Assembly: GCF_001194135.2 (NCBI RefSeq)
Contig: NC_068982.1
Location: forward strand, 78,492,016-78,547,837
From: Octopus bimaculoides
Lineage: Eukaryota
Direction: 5' to 3'
Length of the DNA: 55,822 bases
The notes under the pieces: generated by a model
Seen by the model: only the letters and a program-made list of their open reading frames with translations
What the model was told of the DNA's origin: nothing
Database searches by the model: none
Shown: positions 47,638 through 55,822 of the stretch, one piece after another
How positions within the stretch are numbered: the first letter of the stretch is position 1
How the letters are laid out: every line of letters starts with the position of its first letter
Position numbers and translations under genes: made by a program

Positions 47638-48535
47638 TTAGACAAGAACAGATAACAAAGCTAAGGCTGTGAGGAGGTTTCAGGGCATTTATAAGGAAAG
47701 AGATATAGTCTTACAGCTGTTTCTGGAATATTATGGATATCCCATCATCAGAGACGATGAGAGAGAGGTAAATGTTTGAGTTCGAAATAAGGAAATTATT
47801 ATGGAAAAAGAGGAGAAAAAATAGAGGGAAATAAGAGAATGAAGGTAGAATTATTCCATTATTCGAGTAAAGTGGTGTATAGAATGGGTAAAAAAGTTTC
47901 CTGTACATGTTATGTAAGTTCCGATAATAGCTCGTGTTTAGTCATTTCAAAGTATGGAGCTGTGGATTCTATGTTGCCCATTCAAAGGGGTTTTGTGGTG
48001 TAAATGAAAATTTGAGAATGTATTGATAGTATTTGGGGATAGCTGGAGGAGGGAGATATGTGTATGATTAGAATGAAAAGATAGGTCAAAATGAAGAGAG
48101 AAAGGGAAAATGAGAGGAAGAAAGAGAGAAAAAAGAAAAAGGATAAAAGAGTAATGATAATAAAAGGAGAGAGAAAAGAAGAGGGAGAGGGAAGAAAAAA
48201 TGAAGAAAGGGTGACAGAGGTGAGAAAAGGAGTGTAAGTTGGTGGTCAAGATAATGTGAGGGGAGGATGGGAGAGGAGTGGGGGAGGGGTGGATAGGAAG
48301 AGATGAGAAGGTAAGGAGTGAATAAGTTTGAGATATGTGGGTAGGGGTGATATGATAGGGCTGTATTAAGGGATGGGCAGAGAAAAGGTATGGGTGGAGC
48401 GATACCAAAGTAAGTAGTAGTTTTAGTAGTAAAATTTAAAGTGAAGGGAAGAATACAAGGATGTCAAAGTTTCTATAAATAGACATATGTGATAGGTAGG
48501 AATAAGAGAGGAGGAAAGAAGGTATAATGACATAT
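47638..48535 (-). mobile_element. ~900-bp ORF-less HHR-bearing repeat family, copy 3
   Basis: Collinear with 19730-20675 and starts at the same (TA)n-ttagacaa junction. Confidence 0.85.
47708..47755 (-). ncRNA. Minimal type-I hammerhead ribozyme (intact)
   Basis: Minus strand: gtct-CTGATGA-tgggatat ccata atattcca-GAAA-cagctg-TA/agac. Stem II 8 bp (one G.U), palindromic stem III, GUA site between 47712 and 47711. Confidence 0.9.
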
Positions 48536-48864
48536 GTACGCTTGCACCCATGTACATATACATGTGTGCATATGCATACATACATATACACACATACATA
48601 CTTATGTTATTTCCAAGGGCACTGTGAAAAAAGTCTGAAAAATCCCCATCAAAACGGAGAAATTTCAACTTATATGGGCCCCCTATCACAGATGTCTGCC
48701 AAATTTTCGTTGAATGAGGAGTATCTCCTGTCCCTTAAAAGAATATAGGTCCAAATTTGAGGACAACCTATACCTGAGTCTAAGGACTAAGTTTGAACCT
48801 GATTGCTTTATTGGTTTTGGAGTGCATTGGTAACAAACAAACAAGCAATTTTAAATACATGGAT

Positions 48865-48932
<68 letters not shown>

Positions 48933-49234
48933 GAGAATATACGAAAAAAACAACAACAGACGAGGACAGGTGGTGTAAATAACAAAAGGATGTATTAGTA
49001 TGACGCTCGGGAATACGGAAAGTCTTTGACGTTTCGAGCTATATATATATATCTTAGAAAATTCAAGATGAGATGACTAGCAGGATTTTTTTAATATTGC
49101 AAGGAATTGCATAATTTTTGTATTTATTATGCAGCATGTTGATTGATATAACTATCCCATTGATTATTGAAATGGTTATAACTGATTAATAATGTAATAC
49201 CAGTATCTTTATTCTTATGTATAAGTATATATGT

Positions 49235-49276
<42 letters not shown>

Positions 49277-49322
49277 AATATATATATGCATATATATATG
49301 CATATATATGTGTATATATATC

Positions 49323-49390
<68 letters not shown>

Positions 49391-49446
49391 TTCGGTGTGT
49401 TGCATTCCATTACTTAGTAAATGAAAAACTATATAAATGAAAATAT

Positions 49447-49497
<51 letters not shown>

Positions 49498-49569
49498 TTA
49501 ATATACACAATTACAAAAGAGCTACTAATAGTTTCATGTTTCAAAGTACATTAAATTGGCAGATTTACA

Positions 49570-50615
49570 CAACATGCCATGTATCTCCTCCAAGCAATTT
49601 TTCAGGCTCAGTTCATACATTATATAATATAAAAACCAGAATGCTGGATTATGACCAAAAACATGAGAAAAAGTAAGAAGAAAATAAATGAGCAGAAAAA
49701 CGATTGATGCAAAAAGTGGAAGAAGAAGTAAGAACAGAAAAGTAAAATAAACCAAGACCTTCATTCTCTTTGACTGTAAAAACCATACCTACTAATTTGT
49801 CCAAAGTTGATTTCTTAGATGTTCTCCTAGACTAAAACTCATGCTCTTATAATATAAACCCCATCATGAATCAAATGAGATGCTCACATGTGTACATAAA
49901 CAGTCCTGTCATGCCCCTCCTATTGTGTTTAAAAACCTAATAGCCAACATCAGTAATAAGATATCTAATCTATCCTCTCCAAGAGAATATTTCTATAAAG
50001 CAGCCCCCTACTATATGCTCTAGCTGATAGTGGCTTCAAAAATAAGATAGCCTATAACCCCTCATGTATATGAAGCCTAGAAATAGACCTAAGAAAATAA
50101 TATGGTTCACTCCACCTTTTTCCATAACTGTTAAAACTAACATAGACAAGAAACTCCTCGTATCATTAAATAAGCATTTCCCAATATGAAGGACATTATC
50201 ACTTGTAAGTCATATCAAGAACTAACTACTAGTTGTAACTTTCGAGACCACGAAGTTTGCTTGCAAATGAAAAGCATGAAATATAAAGCTGAAGTTACAG
50301 AAGTGCTCCAAGACAACATAATTGAGAAATGGAATTATATTGGTCTATGCTAAGGCAATTTTAAAAACCATTATGCAAACCACCAGTCTTCTTTCTGACA
50401 TTGATAAAAATAATGGCACTAAGCTGGCTAGCCATGTACGGGGTCTGAAGACCAACTGCACACCACATACAATCAAGCAGAGAATCATGAAGAAATGTAC
50501 ACTTAAATGAGAGATACATGTTATGCATAGTTGAAAGATCGCACATTCTTTTTAGATCCAAGAATTCCACCACACTACTTAATTCCAGATTCAAAATTTT
50601 TAGCACATGCACAAG
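49570..50615 (+). mobile_element. Penelope-like element (Neptune-type): RT C-terminus, linker and GIY-YIG, decayed
   Basis: SKVDFLDVLLD; YIN...HAPPIVFKNLIANISNKISNLSS...YKAAP..ALADSGF; RPKKIIWFTPPFSITVKTNIDKK...KHFP; YKAEVT; YIGLC*GNFKNHYANHQSSF; GTKLASHVRGLK; CIVERSHIL...LLNSR. Confidence 0.88.
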
Positions 50616-50715
50616 TTTCCTTTGTTGAACTGAAGGACATCATCCACTCCAGGTTGAATAACTAACTCACAGACTTTGGCCTCCTTTCTGTTGTTTCATT
50701 CTGCACCATCTACAT

Positions 50716-50935
50716 TATGATTTCTGCAGTCAAAGAGGATAAAGCTCTTGGTTTACTTAATTTTCTTTTCTTTCTTATTGTTTCTCTTTTTTGCATCAAC
50801 CTCCTTCAGGTTTTTTTTTCTTCAATAGTTTTTTCTTCTCATTTTTTTCTCATAGTCCAGCATCCTGGTTATTAAATATGTCTAGTGTATGAACTGAACT
50901 GGAGAAATTGCATGAAGGTACATGGCATGTTAATC
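50716..50935 (-). mobile_element. Inverted, diverged copy of the PLE RT segment 49570-49790
   Basis: Reverse complement aligns with aacatgccatgta...cagttcatac...accag.atgctgga.tatga...ccaaga..tt..t.ctctttgactg. Confidence 0.7.
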
Positions 50936-50938
50936 TAA

Positions 50939-51379
50939 TGCAATGTTATTACCAGTTTAAATATGCCAGTGGCATGTTCGAACTGGTAAAGAAGCCATTC
51001 ACTATGTTTTGTCATGGAGAAAATTTCTTGCTGTAGACAAATGGTGTAAATACACCTAAATCAGCTTGCAGCACCATCTATGCAGACTGTGAGATGCTGG
51101 TAGCTACCAGCCAATATATGATGACAGGAGTAGCATAAGAGAGATTGTCTCTCTTATCAGTTCACAGCACCACCATCCAGTTTCTGTGACTGAAGAGAAG
51201 ATAACCACTTCGAAATGCTTGTATCTCTCAGTCTGGATAGGTGGTGCTACAAGCTGATTTAGGTGTATTTACACCATTTGTCTACAGCAAGAAATTTTCT
51301 CCATGACAAAACACAGTGAATGGCTTGTTTACACGTTCAAATGTACCACTGGCATATTCGAAATGGTAATAACATTGCA
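50939..51379. mobile_element. Fold-back (~155-bp arms) with an HHR in the loop, adjacent to the PLE remnant
   Basis: Arms 50939-51094 and 51224-51379 include a near-perfect 58-bp core (ttttgtcatggagaaaatttcttgctgtagacaaatggtgtaaatacacctaaatcagcttg). Confidence 0.9.
51186..51227 (+). ncRNA. Minimal type-I hammerhead ribozyme (intact core)
   Basis: gtga-CTGAAGA-gaag ataacca cttc-GAAA-tgcttg-TA/tctc. Stem II 4 bp, GUA site after 51223; stems I and III are imperfect. Confidence 0.72.
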
Positions 51380-51537
51380 GTTATACACATCACTTAATGC
51401 TCTCACCTCATAAGTTGATTTCATGTATGTTAAAGTATGAATGTATTAGTAGCTCTTTTGTAATTATGTGTATTAAATGATGTTTATCTCTCACTAGATG
51501 GGCTATTTTTTTTGGTTGATCCTACCTAAATTGGAAC

Positions 51538-51586
<49 letters not shown>

Positions 51587-52309
51587 AGTTGGATAAGATT
51601 TGCATAAAAACTGTGTAGTATTCTGTAACAGAACTCATCCACAACCAATTCTTTTGTTATAGCAGAGATGAGGTACTTTACATTCCTTTCAAATAAATAG
51701 CTGACAAGCATGGAAATGGTCAATCCTTATCTCTTTATCACATTATTATCTTTAAATGCTTAATTTCATATTCTTTATATTGTTTTTCTTTTTCTTCCTA
51801 ATATTCTGTTATTTTATAGTTTACAGGACATGGGAGTCATTTTTCTTTTTGTTGTTTCTTTATTTTTGCATTTTGATCATACTTTTGCTTTGTCTGTCTT
51901 TTTATCTATGGGCTTTATGTTTTGTGTGCAAATTGCTGAAAATAGTACACTGCTTTTAGGTATTTATAGAGTGAAATGACAGTCTGATCTAACAAAGGGA
52001 TTATTCAAAATAATCACCTGAAGGAAAACACGTTACACCTTTCAAGGACGATAGTGATTATGTGATATGTTAATTATCACATTTCACCAATGTATTATGG
52101 GTGTGATGATGTGTGGAAACAATTGTAGTGATATGGAATAAAGAATGTCATTTAATCCATTTTCTCTTATTCATCTCTGTGTATATAAATATACATACGT
52201 ATATGCAAACATACATATATATTTGTATGTACATTTATGTATATGTATGTCTGTGTATATATATCTATCTATTTATATATATTTATATTTATATATATAT
52301 ATATATATA

Positions 52310-52683
52310 TGCATGGTAAGTAACTTGCTTACCAACCACATGGCTCCAGGTTCAGTCCCACTGCGTGGCACCTTGGGCAAGTGTCTTCTACTATAGCCTC
52401 GGGCCGACCAAAGCCTTGTGAGTGGATTTGGTAGACGGAAACTGAGAGAAGCTTGCTGTATATATGTATATGTATGTGTGTGTGTTTGTGTGCCTGTGTT
52501 TGTCCCCCCAACATTGCTTGACAACTGATGCTGGTGTGTTTACATTCCCGTGACTTAGCGGTTCGGCAAAAGAGACTGATAGAATAAGTACTAGGCTTAC
52601 AAAGAATAAGTCCTGGGGTTGATTTGTTCAACTAAAGGTGGTGCTCCAGCATGGCCACTGTCAAATGACTGAAACAAGTAAAA
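52310..52683 (+). mobile_element. tRNA-derived SINE, best-preserved copy
   Basis: gcatggtaag..acttgcttaccaaccacatggctccaggttcagtccc (B-box-like) ... gggcaagtgtcttctactatagcc...cggaaactga, microsatellite, then tail ending gactgaaacaagtaaaa. Confidence 0.9.
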
Positions 52684-52739
52684 NNNNNNNNNNTATATAC
52701 AAATGCATGTATATATACATATAAATATATTTTTTTATT

Positions 52740-53163
52740 CTTTTACTTGTTTCAGTCATTTGACAGTGGCCATGCTGGAGCACCACCTTTAGTTGAACAA
52801 ATCAACCCCAGGACTTATTCTTTGTAAGCCTAGTACTTATTCTATCAGTCTCTTTTGCCAAACTGCTAAGTTACGAGGATGTAAATACACCAACATTGGT
52901 AGTCAAGTAATGGTGGGGGACAAACACAGACACACAAATACATACATATATTCGACAGGCTTCTTTCAGTTTCCATCTACCAAATCTACTTTGGTCAGCC
53001 CAAGGCAATAGTAGAAGACACTTGCCCAATGTGCCATGCAGTGGGACTGNNNNNNNNNNAAGGCAATAGTAGAAGACACTTGCCCAATGTGCCATGCAGT
53101 GGGACTGAACCCAGAACCATGTGGTTGAGAAGCAAGCTTCTTACCACACAGCCACTCCTGCAC
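52740..53163 (-). mobile_element. tRNA-derived SINE, tail-to-tail with the 52310 copy
   Basis: Reverse complement of the same family; the segment ~53003-53049 is duplicated across a 10-N gap. Confidence 0.9.
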
Positions 53164-53184
53164 TTATATATATATATCATGTCA

Positions 53185-54451
53185 TAAAGAACAAAATGTC
53201 TGATTTTGAACTAAAAGTTTATTTTACTTTATCTCAACAAAAAGCAATGCAGTTAATCAAAGTATACACCTAAATCATCAACACAATTTTGCCATTTTAT
53301 CAGTAGCTTATTTACGCCAGCAGCGAAGAATTCTGAAGAGCAAGAGGTGATGAAATCACAAAAGGCTGTTTTTGCATCTTCAGATTTGAAGTTTTTTTTC
53401 CTTGCAAAATGTTGTCTAATGCCTGGGAAACATGATAGTTAGCTGGTGCAAAGTCTGGTGAATATGGTGGATGACAGAGTACTTCCAAGTTCAGTTCCTG
53501 AAACTTGACTAGTGTTCATTGTGCAACATGTGGTTGTGCACTGTCTTTACAAGAGAATTGGCCTGACTCGATTGATCACTCTTGGTTGCTTAATTGCAAG
53601 TTCACTCATCATTTTTTCCAATTGGTTGATGTATACATCTGCTGTAATTGACTTACCAGGTCTCATGAAGCTGTAGTGGATGACACCAGCGCTGGACCAC
53701 CAAAAAAACACCTTAGCTTTTTTTGGTGAATATTCTTTTTTGGATTGTGTTTTGGCACTTCGTCTCTATCCAACCACCATGCACAATGCTTGCTATTGTT
53801 GAGAAGAATCCATTTTTCATCACACATAACAACACAATGCAAAATTGGTTTGCTTTTATGTCATGACAGCAAAGAAGAGCAAATTTCAAAATGACATGTC
53901 ATTTGATGCTTGTTTAGTTCGTGTGGTACCCACTTGTCCAGCTTCTTTACCCTGCCAATTTGTTTCAGATGGTCGAATACAGTTAGAATCAAAACATCAA
54001 ACCTTGCTGCTAACTCACATATAGTTTGAGATGTATCCACTTTCACTACAGTTTCCAGCTCATCATTATCCACCTCGGTCTCATGTCTACTACAGGGCTG
54101 ATTTTCAAGAGTAAAGTCACCAGATTGGAACTTCTCAAATCATCGGCATACAATGCGCTCATTTGCCACATCTTCACCAAACATCTCACTGATGTTTCGA
54201 GCTGTCTGGGATGCATTGGTTCTATGGTGGAACTCACATTCATAAACAACACAAATTTTTGATCTATCTCTGGGTTCACAAAAATTGATTACCCGAGAAA
54301 ACTCACGATATAATGAGACACCAAGAATTGCATTTCAAAAACTGGTGATGTAACTCTTCAACGTTGTAAAACAAAGAATTGTCAGGATAAAACATTAGAT
54401 TTAATGACTGTCAAACTTGGTGCATAAGAAAATTGGACATTTCATTCTTAA
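53185..54451 (-). mobile_element. Decayed mariner (Tc1/mariner) transposon, ~1.27 kb
   Basis: Minus-strand pieces WVPHEL, VVMCDEKWIL, WWSSAGVIHY, DSAQPHVA, HPPYSPDFAPANYH; imperfect ~21-bp inverted ends aagaa..aaatgtc..atttt; stops and frameshifts present. Confidence 0.9.
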
Positions 54452-54696
54452 TATACACACACAAATTTTTATATACACATATCTATGCATGTGTGTGCAT
54501 ATATATTTATATATCATCATCATTTAATGTCCGCTTTGGCCATGGAAAAAGCTGTGGGTGGAAATGAGTTTGATATCATTCAAAATTGTATTATGCTCTA
54601 TATGTCAGTTTCTCTGTTTTATTTTTCTCATACATACATACATACAATCATACATACGTACATACATACATGCATACTTACAAACATACATACATA

Positions 54697-55080
54697 TAGG
54701 TGCAGGCATGGCTATGTGGTAAGAAGCTTGCTTCCCAACTACATGGTTTCTGGGTTCAGTCCCACTTCGTGGCATCTTGGGCAAGTGTCTTCTACTATAT
54801 CTTTGGGCCAACCAAAGCCTTGTCAGTGGATTTGGTAGATGGAAACTAAAAGAAGCTCATTGTATATATCAATATGTATATATGCATGTCTGTGTCTTTG
54901 TGTCTGTGTTTGTCTCCCTATCATTGCTTCAAAACTGGTGTTGGTGTAATTACATCCCTGTAACTTAGTAGTTCGACAAAGAGACCAAGTAAGTCTTGGG
55001 GTTGATCTGTTTGACTAGGATCCTTCAAGGCAGTACTCCAGTATGGCTGCAGTCAAATGACTAGAACAAGTAAATGAATA
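54697..55080 (+). mobile_element. tRNA-derived SINE, near full length
   Basis: aggtgcaggcatggctatgtggtaagaagcttgcttccc...gggttcagtccc...tail. Confidence 0.85.
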
Positions 55081-55094
55081 AAGGTAAATATATA

Positions 55095-55690
55095 TCATCA
55101 TCATCATCGTCGTTTAACGTCCGCTTTCCATGCTAACATGGGTTGGACGATTTGACTAAGGACTGGCAAGCCAGAAGGCTGCACCAGGCTCCAATCTGAT
55201 CTGGCAGAGTTTCTCCAGCTGGATGCCCTTCCTAACGCCAACCACTCCGAGAGTGTAGTGGGTGCTTTTATATGCCACCGGCACGAGGGCCAGTCACATG
55301 GTACTGGCAATGGCCACGCTCAAAAAGGTGATTTTTACGTGCCACCTGCACAGGAGCCAGCCCAGCGACACTGGCAACGACCTCGCTCGAATGATTTTCT
55401 AACGTGCCACCAGCACAAGTGCTAGAAGGCGACGCTGGTAATGATTACACTCAAATGGTGCTATTTACAGGTCACTAGTACAGAAGCCAGACAGCTGCTC
55501 TGGCAATGAACATGCTCAGACAGTGATGTTAGTGCTCCACTGGTGCAGGTGCCAGTAATCGAATATGGTTCAATTTTAATTTCGGTTTCACTTGCCCCAA
55601 CAGGTATTCGCAAGCAGAGTTTAGTGTCCAATGAAGAGGAGGTTGGCTACAAACTTGGTCACCCAGATATCGGAAGCTATCAACTACCTC
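55095..55690 (-). mobile_element. RTE LINE 3' tail plus a short RT fragment
   Basis: Shared (CAT)n tail with gtgccacc sub-repeats; minus ORF contains LEVVDSFRYLGDQV. Confidence 0.8.
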
Positions 55691-55782
55691 TAGATTTTCT
55701 CCCTGGAATGAGGCAGAAGTTTTTTCTTGCATATTTACAGTGTTTATTGCACCTGAGCATCTGCCACGTACAAAAACTATAA

Positions 55783-55822
<40 letters not shown>

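Larger units (their letters stand above)
1..55822. repeat. Abundant microsatellites: (TA)n, (CA)n, (GA)n, (CATA)n, (GAT/CAT)n, (TAA)n, (GAA)n, (GGT)n
   Basis: Directly visible (e.g. (TAA)n 2953-3002, (GA)n 15450-15565, (GAT)-rich 44480-44820). They produce nearly all low-complexity ORFs in the track, and most N gaps start in them. Confidence 0.98.

Noticed and set aside
47947-48408. 153-aa minus-strand ORF inside the 900-bp HHR family
   Set aside because: Low-complexity (L/S/F/P/H) translation of the purine-rich tract; not open in the homologous copy at 20-20.6 kb.
51590-51725. Possible exon on either strand (YLFERNVKYLISAITKELVVDEF... / LIHNQFFCYSRDE)
   Set aside because: Weak donors and no recognisable family.
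52310-52420. tRNA gene
   Set aside because: The A/B-box-like head continues into the SINE body and does not close a cloverleaf.
11-55782. Most ORFs in the track (H/T, Y/I, V/C, poly-S/D/M, and X-filled ORFs)
   Set aside because: They are translations of microsatellites or run through N gaps; they are not genes.

Overview
This is an AT-rich, microsatellite-dense animal genomic window with many N gaps. The SINE/LINE repertoire suggests a coleoid cephalopod such as Octopus (inference). No host protein-coding gene can be called with confidence; only weak exon candidates were found. The ordinary content is tRNA-derived SINEs, RTE and CR1-type LINE 3' remnants, an R4-like restriction-like-endonuclease LINE fragment, a decayed mariner, piggyBac-like and other MITEs, and three Penelope-like element (PLE, Neptune-type RT/GIY-YIG) remnants. 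The main signal is absent from the ORF track: about 18 minimal type-I hammerhead ribozyme (HHR) motifs of the form stem I-CUGANGA-stem II-GAAA-short, mostly palindromic stem III-UH-stem I. About 4 have canonical cores with fully or largely paired helices, about 4 more have one defect, and the rest are decayed. They belong to several sequence-unrelated, ORF-less families built as fold-backs or partial tandems, mostly next to (TA)n. One (33239-33996) is a fully bounded insertion with a ~40-bp target duplication. This looks like a diverse population of HHR-bearing non-autonomous PLE/retrozyme-like elements. Extra regularities are divergent twin ribozymes, CpG decay hitting catalytic G12/G8, a U4C core variant, and a shared TTTCTAGCA motif downstream of the ribozyme. 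All folds were read by eye; none was computed or tested. Coordinates of decayed repeats are approximate.
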